This document shows positions 1 to 8,861 of a stretch of DNA of 64,000 bases, piece by piece (position 1 is the first letter of the stretch; every line of letters begins with the position of its first letter). The DNA comes from Anaerohalosphaeraceae bacterium (GTDB taxonomy: Bacteria; Planctomycetota; Phycisphaerae; Sedimentisphaerales; Anaerohalosphaeraceae), in assembly GCA_963675525.2 (NCBI GenBank), contig CAXXSL010000008.1, positions 1 to 64,000 on the forward strand, given 5' to 3'. The notes under the pieces are model-generated. The model worked only from the letters and a program-made list of their open reading frames with translations. It was not told the DNA's origin and ran no database searches. Both the position numbers and the translations under genes were made by a program.

Positions 1-129
1 ATCCCAATCCTCGGGGGTCTCAATCGGCAGGGCAAAATACCGGCAGCATTTGCCTTCGCACTTTTGGCAGGCTTGGGTCACCTTGGATAATTTCTTCTTC
101 GATGTCGTTTTTTTCTGAGCAATTTTCAC
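1..129 (-). CDS. YkgJ-family cysteine-cluster protein, 5' part only (runs off window start)
   Basis: Not in the ORF track. Manual translation from GTG at 129 (alternative GTG at 135): MKIAQKKTTSKKKLSKVTQACQKCEGKCCRYFALPIETPEDWD, with the CxxCxxxCC motif. Confidence 0.75.
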   Translation of the reverse strand, partial: MKIAQKKTTSKKKLSKVTQACQKCEGKCCRYFALPIETPEDWD

Positions 130-194
130 TGTCACGATCTCTACCTTACTCTAATTTCAACTCTTATTGTCATTCATCCGTCAACAAAACGTGC

Positions 195-222
195 ATTATA
201 GGCAATCGCCCCCTTTCGTCAA
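195..222 (-). promoter_or_regulatory. sigma70-type promoter for the ykgJ-like gene
   Basis: TTGACG-N16-TATAAT on the minus strand. Confidence 0.55.
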
Positions 223-349
223 GTAATTCCCGTTAATCGAGCCGCTTGCGTGGACAAATACCTGAAATCTGCTTGACCCAACTGCAACGAGGCGGTATTT
301 TGTACGTCAAGCTTGAATCGGCGATAAAATGGATTGACAGGAAAAAACC

Positions 350-1558
350 GTGGGCGAAAATAAATATCAAACCCAGAATCCCACCCCACCCTCTGCGGGT
401 CTATCGGGTCCGGCGAAGTTTCTCATTACCGCCGCAGCATTTGTCGTTGTCGTCGCCGGAATGCGGGCCGCCGTAGATATTATCGTTCCCTTCCTGATGG
501 CCGTTTTTCTGGCGATTATCAGCACACCAGCTCTTTTCTGGCTCAAAACAAAGGGGATCACGACCCCGTTCGCCATTCTCGTGGTCTCACTGGTGATCCT
601 GCTTGGGGGATTACTGATCGGCACCGTTCTAACAACATCCATTGCCGATTTTACGCAGGATCTGCCCCAATACACAAAAAAACTCGACCAGGACCTGAAG
701 AACCTGGAAGCACAGTGGAATACATGGCTCCAGGAACAACAGCAGCGATTTCATCAGGATGAAAAAACCGAAACGATCGCTCCGCTTTCCGAACAGGCCG
801 CTTCGATGACACCCCCTCAGCCTACTCCGCCGGAACTGGTCCTTGAAAATAAAAATCATCTGTCCCTGACCCGGTTTCTCGATGCCGAGGCGGGTATGCA
901 GTTGATGGGTGTCTTATTTAACCAACTCGGCAACATCGTGACCGACGGCTTTTTGATCTACCTGACGATGATCTTTATTCTGCTGGAAGCGTCGATCTTG
1001 CCCGGCAAGATCAGGGCAACCATGAAAAACACGCCCGAGGCTTTCGATAATCTGAGCACCATCGCCGGAGACGTCAAAAAATACCTCGCCATGAAAACAG
1101 CCATCAGCTTTGCCACCGGCGTGATCATCACAGTCTGGCTGACAATTCTCGGCGTTAAATATCCGCTGGTTTGGGGCCTGATCGCGTTTTTGCTGAATTT
1201 CGTTCCTAACATCGGCTCGATCATTGCCGCCGTTCCCGCCTGTGCTCTGGCGTTTGTTCAATTGGGGGCCGGGGCCGCGGGCCTGGCTGCATTGGGATAT
1301 ATTGTTGTCAATATCGTGATTGGAAATCTCATCGAACCCCGGCTGATGGGACAGCGGTTGGGACTTTCAACACTGGTGGTCTTTCTGTCGTTAGTGTTCT
1401 GGGGATGGGTGCTGGGCCCCATGGGCATGCTCCTGTCAGTGCCGCTGACCATGACCGTCAAAATCGCCCTGCAAAGCCACCCCGACACTCGAACCTTCGC
1501 CCTCCTTCTGGGGTCTCAAAACCCGCCAGTCAAAAAACCTCAAAAGAAAAATGATTAA
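350..1558 (+). CDS. AI-2E family transporter (YhhT/TqsA-like)
   Basis: Multi-TM protein with LLNFVPNIGS, GNLIEPRLMG and WGWVLGPMGMLLSVPLT motifs; carries a Q/P-rich hydrophilic insert. Confidence 0.9.
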   Translation: MGENKYQTQNPTPPSAGLSGPAKFLITAAAFVVVVAGMRAAVDIIVPFLMAVFLAIISTPALFWLKTKGITTPFAILVVSLVILLGGLLIGTVLTTSIADFTQDLPQYTKKLDQDLKNLEAQWNTWLQEQQQRFHQDEKTETIAPLSEQAASMTPPQPTPPELVLENKNHLSLTRFLDAEAGMQLMGVLFNQLGNIVTDGFLIYLTMIFILLEASILPGKIRATMKNTPEAFDNLSTIAGDVKKYLAMKTAISFATGVIITVWLTILGVKYPLVWGLIAFLLNFVPNIGSIIAAVPACALAFVQLGAGAAGLAALGYIVVNIVIGNLIEPRLMGQRLGLSTLVVFLSLVFWGWVLGPMGMLLSVPLTMTVKIALQSHPDTRTFALLLGSQNPPVKKPQKKND

Positions 1559-1598
1559 ATCATGGTCTGCAAAACCGGCGTTCATCTGCGTTAATCCG

Positions 1599-3044
1599 TT
1601 ATAAACTGGCGATATTGAGCTCGCGGGCAGCTTTTGTTTCATCGAGCCGGCCCACGGGCGTTGTTACCGGGGCGGCTCTGAGTTCATCGGGATTCGTTTC
1701 GGCTTTTTCGGCAATCGCAATCATCGCATCGATAAATGCATCGATGGTTTCCTTGCTCTCGCACTCGGTCGGCTCGATCATCAGGGCCTCTTTGACGATC
1801 ATGGGGAAGTACATGGTCGGCGGATGGAAGCCGGCGTCAATCAGGCCCTTGGCGATATCCAGGGCATGGACGCCGTTTTTGGCCTGCCGAGTTGCGCTGA
1901 AGACACACTCGTGCTTGCAGGTCTGGGGGTGTTCGATATCGTAATACGGTTTTAGCTTTTCCTTGATATAGTTGGCGTTGAGTACCGCGTTTTCAGCAAC
2001 ATGCTCCAGTCCCTCTTTGCCCGCCATGAGGATATAGACATACGCCCTGAGCAAAATGCCGAAATTGCCGTAGAACGGCGCGATGTAGCCGATGGATTTG
2101 GGCTTGTTGTAGTCCAGTGCCAGTGTGCCGTCTTCGCGTTTGATGACGGTTGAAATGGGGAGGTAGTCCACGAGTTTGTCCACCACGCCGACCGGTCCGG
2201 CACCGGGACCTCCGCCGCCGTGAGGGGTGGCGAATGTTTTGTGCAGGTTGATATGGACGATGTCGAAGCCCAGATCGCCGGGACGGACTTTGCCGACGAT
2301 GGCGTTTAGGTTGGCGCCATCGTAATAGGCCAGGCCGTCGACACTGTGAATCGCATCGCAAATTTCCTTGACATGCGGATTGAACAGGCCCAGTGTGTTG
2401 GGGCAGGTCAGCATGAGACCGGCAACGTCATCGGTGAGCATTTGTTTCATCGCATCAAGAGACATCAGACCGTTTTCGTCACTCGGGACCGTCCTGACGG
2501 TATAGCCGGCGATGGCGGCGCTGGCGGGATTGGTGCCGTGGGCGCTATCGGGGGCCAGGACGATGCTTTTCTTGTTGCCCTTGTCCTGATGGTAGGCGGC
2601 CATCATCATGATGCCGGTCAGTTCGCCATGCGCCCCGGCCATCGGTTGCATGGTAAAGGCGCTCATGCCGCAGATTTCACGCAGCAGCATGTCCATTTCA
2701 TACACCACTTCCAAGGCCCCCTGCGTGAGCATGCCGCCGCTGCGGAGTTGGGGCAATAGCGGATGCAGATGCGCAAAGCCGGGATAGGAGGCGATGCGCT
2801 CGCAGACCTTGGGGTTATATTTCATCGTGCAGGAACCGAGCGGGTAGAAGTTAGTATCGACGCCGAAATTTCGCCGGGACAGTTCGGTAAAATGCCGGAC
2901 GACATCCAGTTCGCTTAACTCCGGCAGGCTGGCGTCTTTGGCCCGCAGCAAATCCGGGTTCAAGTTGATACTCGTCGGGACGTCGCTTTTAGCAATTCGC
3001 AGGCCCCGACGACCTTTCACTGATTTTTCAAATACCAGCTTCAT
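1599..3044 (-). CDS. gcvPB: Glycine dehydrogenase (decarboxylating) subunit 2
   Basis: YPLGSCTMKYNP, SAHGTNPASA and HINLHKTFATPHGGGGPG (PLP lysine); gcv operon context. Confidence 0.96.
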   Translation of the reverse strand: MKLVFEKSVKGRRGLRIAKSDVPTSINLNPDLLRAKDASLPELSELDVVRHFTELSRRNFGVDTNFYPLGSCTMKYNPKVCERIASYPGFAHLHPLLPQLRSGGMLTQGALEVVYEMDMLLREICGMSAFTMQPMAGAHGELTGIMMMAAYHQDKGNKKSIVLAPDSAHGTNPASAAIAGYTVRTVPSDENGLMSLDAMKQMLTDDVAGLMLTCPNTLGLFNPHVKEICDAIHSVDGLAYYDGANLNAIVGKVRPGDLGFDIVHINLHKTFATPHGGGGPGAGPVGVVDKLVDYLPISTVIKREDGTLALDYNKPKSIGYIAPFYGNFGILLRAYVYILMAGKEGLEHVAENAVLNANYIKEKLKPYYDIEHPQTCKHECVFSATRQAKNGVHALDIAKGLIDAGFHPPTMYFPMIVKEALMIEPTECESKETIDAFIDAMIAIAEKAETNPDELRAAPVTTPVGRLDETKAARELNIASL

Positions 3045-3081
3045 TTGTTATTTTCCATTTTCTATTTTCAATTTAATTTTT

Positions 3082-3109
3082 GCCACAGAGTACACAGGGA
3101 ACTCAGAGA
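3082..3109. repeat. Left arm of a 3x9-bp periodic inverted repeat flanking an inserted gene
   Basis: gccacagag/tacacaggg/aactcagag lies directly beside the stop codon of 3111-3641 and is complementary to 3645-3671. Confidence 0.75.
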
Positions 3110-3110
3110 A

Positions 3111-3641
3111 TCAAATAATATGGTAAATACAATCCTTTGAGTAAGATACTACCCATATCCCTTTACCATAAGGATTTCTTTTTCCTCGAAGAAATTTTTT
3201 AATATTTTGTTTTTCCAAATTCCAGTCCCAATCCAAAGGCGATGTATCACGAATTACAAGAGCAACATTTACACCATAATCTTTCAAAAGTTTTTTGTTT
3301 ATTCTGCTACATATCTGCTGAAATACATTCCCTTGAAAACAGCTAACACGATCAAAAACATTTGCTTTTCCTCCTTCGACATCTTCCAAGTGAGTTTTCA
3401 ATGCATTCAAACTTTTGTGGTCCGAACGACCTAATATTGCTTGCATATCACCCGGTCGATCTTCTGTACATGTAACCTCTATACTTAACTTATCTCCCAA
3501 GCTATCTCCACATTCAAAATCAGGACCTGCTTCTGTTTCAGTATTATGCTTAATAATTTTAAAACATTTTTTATTCCGAAAATTATAATCCTTCAAAAAT
3601 GCCTCGACTGTTGCTATTTCAATTTTTTCTTTTTCCTTCAT
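3111..3641 (-). CDS. AT-rich hypothetical protein, possible PD-(D/E)xK-fold nuclease, inserted between gcvPA and gcvPB
   Basis: Likely start MKEKEKIE (ATG 3641, SD GAGGG); PDF...IEVT motif; visibly more AT-rich than the gcv genes. Confidence 0.7.
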   Translation of the reverse strand: MKEKEKIEIATVEAFLKDYNFRNKKCFKIIKHNTETEAGPDFECGDSLGDKLSIEVTCTEDRPGDMQAILGRSDHKSLNALKTHLEDVEGGKANVFDRVSCFQGNVFQQICSRINKKLLKDYGVNVALVIRDTSPLDWDWNLEKQNIKKFLRGKRNPYGKGIWVVSYSKDCIYHII

Positions 3642-3644
3642 TCC

Positions 3645-3671
3645 CTCTTGTCTCTCTGTGGTCTCTGTGGC
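3645..3671. repeat. Right arm of the 3x9-bp periodic inverted repeat
   Basis: Minus strand reads gccacagag/accacagag/agacaagag, followed by ggaATG. Confidence 0.75.
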
Positions 3672-3689
3672 TAATATCATACAAAACCG

Positions 3690-3718
3690 CTGGATTCGGC
3701 GCCTTCGCGGGAATGACA
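3690..3718 (-). repeat. GTCATTCCCGCG...GAATCCAG palindromic repeat (dRS3-like), degenerate copy
   Basis: Minus strand tgtcattcccgcgaaggcgccgaatccag; near-identical to 19175-19202. Confidence 0.8.
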
Positions 3719-3727
3719 ATAACCCGC

Positions 3728-3747
3728 GTGGGCATGGCCCACCCTAC
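3728..3747 (-). repeat. GTAG-type REP; its GTAG overlaps the gcvPA stop codon
   Basis: Minus strand gtag-ggtgggc-cat-gcccac; same family as the REPs flanking the RAYT gene. Confidence 0.8.
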
Positions 3748-5075
3748 AAAATCGCTTCCAACTCTTCGGCGAGCATCCCGATTTGCTGCTTGGTTCGTTT
3801 TTCCGTTACGGCAATCAGTATCGAGTTGTCCATGCCCTTGTAATACCGGCTCAGGGGGAAGCCTGCGGCGTAGCCCTTCTCGATGAGTTTGCCGATGACC
3901 TCGGTCGCGTCGCAGGGCAGGTCAAAGACCATCTCGTTAAAGACCCACTTGGCGTGGAAATGCGGCTTGACGCCCGGTATGGCGGTCAGCCGCTGATAGG
4001 CGTAGCTGGCCTTGTCCGCACAGAGCTGGGCCGTTTCTTTTAAGCCCTCTTTACCGAGCAGTGATAAGTAGATTGTCGCCGCGAGTGCACACAGGGCTTC
4101 ATTGGAGCAGATATTCGAGGTGGCCTTGTCCCGGCGGATATGCTGTTCGCGCGTCTGCAGGGTCAGGACAAATCCGCGGTCGCCATTGACGTCGGTGGTT
4201 TCGCCGACGATGCGGCCGGGCAGATTGCGTACATACTGCTTGCGCGTGGCCATGAAGCCCAGGTACGGCCCGCCGAACGACATGGGCAGGCCGAGACTCT
4301 GGCCTTCGCCGGTGACAATGTCGGCTCCCATCGCGCCGGGTGTTTTTAAAATGCCCAGCGACATCGGGTAACATGACACAATCAGCAACGCGCCTTTGGC
4401 ATGGGCCGCTTCGGCGATATCCGTAAAATCGTCAATGCAGCCGAAGAAGTTCGGGTTCTGCACCATGACCGCGGCGGTCTCTTCATCCAGGGCCTTTAAA
4501 ATCGCATCACGATTGGCCAGGCCCTCATGATTATTTGTTTGTTCCAGGTCGATCTTGAGATTCCGCGTATAGGAATCAATCATCACACGGTAGATCGGGT
4601 TGACGGAGTCGTCGATGATGACCTTGTTGCGTTTGGTGATTCGCAGGGCCATCATCATCGCCTCGTACAGTGCGGTTCCGCCGTCATACATCGAGGCATT
4701 GGAGGCCTCCATATCGGTCAGTCGGCATATCATCGACTGGAATTCATAAATCGCTTGCAGGGTTCCCTGTGAGGTTTCGGGCTGATACGGCGTATACGCC
4801 GTATAAAACTCGCTGCGTGAGAGCATGGCATAGACCGCCGAGGGGATAAAGTGGTCATAGAAGCCGCCGCCCAAGAATAATGTCAGGTGAATATAGTTTT
4901 TGGCCGCAATCCCGGCCAGGCGATTGCGGACTTCCTGTTCGCCCATCCCTTCAGGCAGATTCAACCCGCCGCAGCGCAACTTGGCCGGAACATCCGCAAA
5001 CAAATCCTCTGCTGTTAAGCCAATCTCCGCCAGCATTTGAACACGCTGAGCGTCCGTATTCGATATAAAAGGCAT
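3744..5075 (-). CDS. gcvPA: Glycine dehydrogenase (decarboxylating) subunit 1
   Basis: EFYTAYTPYQPETSQGTL, NASMYDG, FGGPYLG and REQHIRRDKATSNICSN. Confidence 0.96.
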   Translation of the reverse strand: MPFISNTDAQRVQMLAEIGLTAEDLFADVPAKLRCGGLNLPEGMGEQEVRNRLAGIAAKNYIHLTLFLGGGFYDHFIPSAVYAMLSRSEFYTAYTPYQPETSQGTLQAIYEFQSMICRLTDMEASNASMYDGGTALYEAMMMALRITKRNKVIIDDSVNPIYRVMIDSYTRNLKIDLEQTNNHEGLANRDAILKALDEETAAVMVQNPNFFGCIDDFTDIAEAAHAKGALLIVSCYPMSLGILKTPGAMGADIVTGEGQSLGLPMSFGGPYLGFMATRKQYVRNLPGRIVGETTDVNGDRGFVLTLQTREQHIRRDKATSNICSNEALCALAATIYLSLLGKEGLKETAQLCADKASYAYQRLTAIPGVKPHFHAKWVFNEMVFDLPCDATEVIGKLIEKGYAAGFPLSRYYKGMDNSILIAVTEKRTKQQIGMLAEELEAIL

Positions 5076-5102
5076 AAAACTCAGTCCTCAGTCATTATTT
5101 TT

Positions 5103-5174
5103 ACCATGAAGCCCACGAAGAACATGAAGTTTTTTTAATTATTTTATCTTCAGGCCCTTTATGTTCTTCATGGT
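5103..5174. repeat. Empty 3x9-bp inverted-arm element between gcvH and gcvPA
   Basis: accatgaag/cccacgaag/aacatgaag, an 18-nt AT spacer, then cttcaggcc/ctttatgtt/cttcatggt. Confidence 0.8.
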
Positions 5175-5192
5175 TAAATTACGTATACCATT

Positions 5193-5579
5193 TTACGCTT
5201 CGGTTTCGAGGAATTTTCGATAGGCATCCGCATCCATCAGGCTATCGAACTGGGCGGCATCCGTGGCCTGTATCTTAATCAGCCAACCAGCGCCATAGGC
5301 GTCTTTCTTGAGAACATCCGGGCTGTCCGGTATCTGTTCATTGGCTTTGGCGACTTTGCCGGACAGTGGCGCATACATATCTGAAGCGCTCTTGACCGAT
5401 TCGACAATACCGAACGGATCGCCTTTTGCGAGCTCTTTACCCGCTTCGGGCAGTTCCATATAGACGATATCCCCCAACTGCTCGATCGCATACGCCGTCA
5501 AACCGACTGCGAATACATCGCCGTCTTTTTTCGCCCATTCGTGTGACTTTAAATACCTTGCCTCCGGATCAATCATCAT
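5193..5579 (-). CDS. gcvH: Glycine cleavage system H protein
   Basis: SHEW, LGDIVY, ESVKSASD (lipoyl Lys) and YGAGWL. Confidence 0.96.
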   Translation of the reverse strand: MMIDPEARYLKSHEWAKKDGDVFAVGLTAYAIEQLGDIVYMELPEAGKELAKGDPFGIVESVKSASDMYAPLSGKVAKANEQIPDSPDVLKKDAYGAGWLIKIQATDAAQFDSLMDADAYRKFLETEA

Positions 5580-5603
5580 CTGCGTAACTCCTCAATCTAC
5601 AAT

Positions 5604-6821
5604 TTACAATATCGCGTAAGCGACGTTCCCTTTGCGATTTTCAAGGTTCTTCGTAACAATTTTGGCTTTCAGTTTTTTTCCGCGAACCTCTATATCAACA
5701 TCCGCACCAATCGGGACATTCGGCTCGATCATGCACAACCCCACGGCCCGCTGCGAATGCGTATCGCTCAATGAAACCGTTTGTCCATTAGGCTGATAGT
5801 CCCAATATGGCACCATCGTCCCGCTCGACACCCATCCGAGACACCGCTGTCCCTCATAAACCGCCGCCCCATCGCGGGCAATGCCTTTGTCGAGCAAACG
5901 AAACTGCCGAACAAACTTCGGCAATGCCGTTGTATTTGAAAAATCCTGCACTTTATAGAACATCCGTCCCTGGGCCTGCTGTTCAAGAGCATTCCGGCCA
6001 ATAAACGCCCGATTCGGGTCCTCAAAATTCACGGCAAACGGCGACTGGACGATTGCGTACACCGGGATTTCATTGCCGTCCTTACCAACACCCAACTCAT
6101 GTCCATACAACGGCAGCCCCGCCTCCAGCCGGAGCGTATCCCTCGCCCCCAACCCGATAGGGACGGCCCCCGCGGTAACCAGCTTATCCCACACCGCCAA
6201 CGCACCGTCCAGAGGAATAAACAATTCAAAGCATACCGCCTCACCGGTGTATCCGGTTCGCGCTGTACAGACCTCCACATCGCCAACCGTGATCTTGCCG
6301 ACTGCGTTCCGTTTCGGCTCCGGCATGATGCCTCCCGTCACCAGCGACTGCAAAACCGACTCACTCGCCGGTCCCTGCAGCGCAACCATCGCCACCGTTT
6401 CACTGACATCCTCCAGAGCCACATCGGAAAAGGTTGCTGACTGCTCCTGCAGATGCGTCCAGTCCTTATCCTTATTTGAAGCGTTGACCACCAGCAGATA
6501 TTTATCCTCTGTCGGCCGGTACAAAAAAGCATCGTCAATCGCTCCTCCCGCTTCATTCGCTAAAATCGTATAATGAGCCCACCCGACCTCTAGTTTCTCA
6601 CAGTCATTTGTGAAAACATGCCGAAGAAATGCCTTCCTACCGCTTCCATAAAGCAAAAATCGCCCCATGTGGGAGACATCGAACAGTCCGGCGTGTTTGC
6701 GTGTGGTCAAGTGTTCGGCGACAATGCCCTGCGGATATTGGATCGGCATCTGCCAGCCTGCAAAATCAACGATCCTGGCTCCCAATGCCGTATGTCGATC
6801 AAAAAAAGGTGTCTGTTTCAT
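5604..6821 (-). CDS. gcvT: Glycine cleavage aminomethyltransferase T
   Basis: FAGWQMP, LFDVSHMG, RTGYTGE and GLGARDTLRLEAGLPLYG. Confidence 0.96.
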   Translation of the reverse strand: MKQTPFFDRHTALGARIVDFAGWQMPIQYPQGIVAEHLTTRKHAGLFDVSHMGRFLLYGSGRKAFLRHVFTNDCEKLEVGWAHYTILANEAGGAIDDAFLYRPTEDKYLLVVNASNKDKDWTHLQEQSATFSDVALEDVSETVAMVALQGPASESVLQSLVTGGIMPEPKRNAVGKITVGDVEVCTARTGYTGEAVCFELFIPLDGALAVWDKLVTAGAVPIGLGARDTLRLEAGLPLYGHELGVGKDGNEIPVYAIVQSPFAVNFEDPNRAFIGRNALEQQAQGRMFYKVQDFSNTTALPKFVRQFRLLDKGIARDGAAVYEGQRCLGWVSSGTMVPYWDYQPNGQTVSLSDTHSQRAVGLCMIEPNVPIGADVDIEVRGKKLKAKIVTKNLENRKGNVAYAIL

Positions 6822-6873
6822 CCCTAAAACCGTTAATCATTCATGACATTTGATGTTTGAAACGATGTGCGAT

Positions 6874-6902
6874 ACTGTATCACAGCACTCCCGGTGCGTC
6901 AA
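6874..6902 (-). promoter_or_regulatory. sigma70-type promoter of the gcv operon with a palindrome over the -10
   Basis: TTGACG-N17-TACAGT with extended TG; palindrome gatac-t-gtatc overlaps the -10. Confidence 0.6.
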
Positions 6903-6968
6903 TCCATTTTTGTCTTATATTGCTGAGATACAGTCGCAAGATAAAGCTATTTGGGTATATCGGGCGGA

Positions 6969-7619
6969 CTATCCCCGCAATAGAATAATCCCGACAATCA
7001 GCGCCACGATCGCCAGAAATGAGATGCCCAGCGAAATGCCGAATATCCAGTAAAACCTCTGTTGCTGTTTTGCCAGTGTATATTTGATGTACCGCTCGCT
7101 GGCCGAAAATGTCCGGCTCATTTGCTGGATCCACTCGGTCTGGGAAACCGTATCGGCATCCAGCTTACTCAGAGTGCCGGCGAACTGTTCAAAATGATCG
7201 CACATCTTCTCATCAACCGCCGCCGCCTTAGCCACCTTCTCATGAATTCCCGCCAGGTTCTCTGCCACCTTCTCATCGTGGGCAATCTTCTGGCGAAGCT
7301 GCTCGGCCACCTTGGCAAACGACTGACGCTGCTCATCCACCGCCTTCGGCAAAGCGTCCAGCCTCCCGACAAGCTGCTCGTTCTGACTGACCTGGCGGTC
7401 AAGGTGCTCATTGATTCCTTCAAGCTGCTCAACCAGCTTATTGACCGCCTCGTTAAACAACTCGGCGTTGTCTTTTTTTCGCGGAGCGATCGAACTCGAA
7501 CGCAGCGGCACCACTGATCCATCCGCGGAATTATGATAATCACCCTTTAATACCTCTGTATCGACCGGATTAGGTTTGCGTTTGCTCCATCGCATTTTTG
7601 AGAAGATATGCTTGATCAT
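6969..7619 (-). CDS. Coiled-coil protein with a C-terminal TM anchor
   Basis: Heptad-rich helical body and C-terminal hydrophobic helix; SD AGGGG before ATG 7619. Confidence 0.75.
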   Translation of the reverse strand: MIKHIFSKMRWSKRKPNPVDTEVLKGDYHNSADGSVVPLRSSSIAPRKKDNAELFNEAVNKLVEQLEGINEHLDRQVSQNEQLVGRLDALPKAVDEQRQSFAKVAEQLRQKIAHDEKVAENLAGIHEKVAKAAAVDEKMCDHFEQFAGTLSKLDADTVSQTEWIQQMSRTFSASERYIKYTLAKQQQRFYWIFGISLGISFLAIVALIVGIILLRG

Positions 7620-7770
7620 AAAATTCCCCTTTTTCTCCGTAAAAAATTCGAATTCGTTCTTTATTAGACGCTTTTTTTCTTTAAATGCAAGCAATTTATC
7701 CGTACAATCCCTCAGTGGTGCTTTCGTTCGCTTAAACCAAACAGGAGCTTTAGTAAAGTAGGAGCATGCA

Positions 7771-8709
7771 ATGAAACTGGCAACCTATGTCCATAAACAC
7801 ATTACATCCTGCGGCATCATCACCAAAGACGGCATCATTGATATTCCCTCACATACCGAAGGAATGAACAAACTGCACAGCGTCAAGGAAATCCTGATTA
7901 AGGGACAAAAGGCGTTTGACATTGTCAGCGAGCTGCACCGCACCGTCGATGAACGCATTCCCGCCGAATCCGTCGTCTTCAAAGCGCCAATCCCTCGTCC
8001 CGGCAAGGTCCTCGCGCTGGCGGGAAACTACAAAGAGCATCTGCAGGAAACCGCATGGCAGGACCCGACGTTTGACAACCAGGCTGCCGCGACCAACCCA
8101 TGGCCGTTCATCATGCCTGCCAGCGCCGTCACGGGCACCAACACCGAGATCGCATGGCCGGCCTACAGTGAACAGGTTGACTACGAAGTCGAGCTGGCAA
8201 TCATCATTGGTAACTCAGCAGATAAGGTCACGCCCGAACGGGCCCCCGCCCATATCGCGGGTTACTCGGTCGCCAATGACATTTCCGCCCGGAGCACCAC
8301 CTTCGCCGCCGGGCGCACGGACCGACCGCGGGATGTGTATTTTGACTGGCTGATGGGCAAGTGGGCCAATGGCTTTTTGCCGCTGGGACCCTGCATTGTC
8401 ATACCCGAGACGTTGGGCGACCCGCACAACCTGAATCTCGAACTAAAGGTCAACGGCGAAATCCGCCAGCAGTCCAATACATCACAGATGATCTTTGACG
8501 TGTACAAGATAGTCTCCTTCATCAGCCACTTGATGACACTGGAACCCGGCGATGTTATTATCACCGGAACACCCCACGGAGTCGCCGCCGGAGGAGCTGA
8601 ATACCTAAAGCCGCACGATATCATGGAAGCTACCATACAAAACATCGGAACCTTAACAAACACAATTGGGGCTAAACCAGAAAAATTATATCGCGGTTTT
8701 ATTCAATAA
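7771..8709 (+). CDS. Fumarylacetoacetate hydrolase family protein
   Basis: GNYKEH, VDYEVELAIIIG, NDISAR and TLEPGDVIITGTP. Confidence 0.92.
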   Translation: MKLATYVHKHITSCGIITKDGIIDIPSHTEGMNKLHSVKEILIKGQKAFDIVSELHRTVDERIPAESVVFKAPIPRPGKVLALAGNYKEHLQETAWQDPTFDNQAAATNPWPFIMPASAVTGTNTEIAWPAYSEQVDYEVELAIIIGNSADKVTPERAPAHIAGYSVANDISARSTTFAAGRTDRPRDVYFDWLMGKWANGFLPLGPCIVIPETLGDPHNLNLELKVNGEIRQQSNTSQMIFDVYKIVSFISHLMTLEPGDVIITGTPHGVAAGGAEYLKPHDIMEATIQNIGTLTNTIGAKPEKLYRGFIQ

Positions 8710-8725
8710 AATAACCGATCAACAC

Positions 8726-8790
8726 AGACCCGCAAGGCCGTAAGTTAATGAACCTGAGGTGTAAAGACCCGGAATCAAAACCTCGGAGTT
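8726..8790 (+). repeat. Degenerate copy of the AGCCC...GGTGTAAA...CCCGGAA repeat family
   Basis: Aligns by eye with 45535-45617 and with the reverse complement of 10956-11041. Confidence 0.5.
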
Positions 8791-8799
8791 TAAATATAC

Positions 8800-8834
8800 A
8801 AAAAAAGCCGCTTTTGATAACTCCAAAAGCGGCT
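8800..8834 (-). terminator. Rho-independent terminator
   Basis: 11-bp stem agccgcttttg/caaaagcggct followed by a T-run on the minus strand. Confidence 0.8.
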
Positions 8835-8861
8835 GAATAGTATCAAGATTACTTAAAAAAA

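Noticed and set aside
1562..1600. atctgcgttaatccg-type periodic half-repeat after gcvPB
   Set aside because: Too degenerate and no partner arm; possibly a relic but not supportable.
3642..3719. MSFPRRRRI N-terminal extension of the inserted gene (similarly aas 19152-19214)
   Set aside because: These are translations of palindromic repeats; downstream starts have SD sequences.
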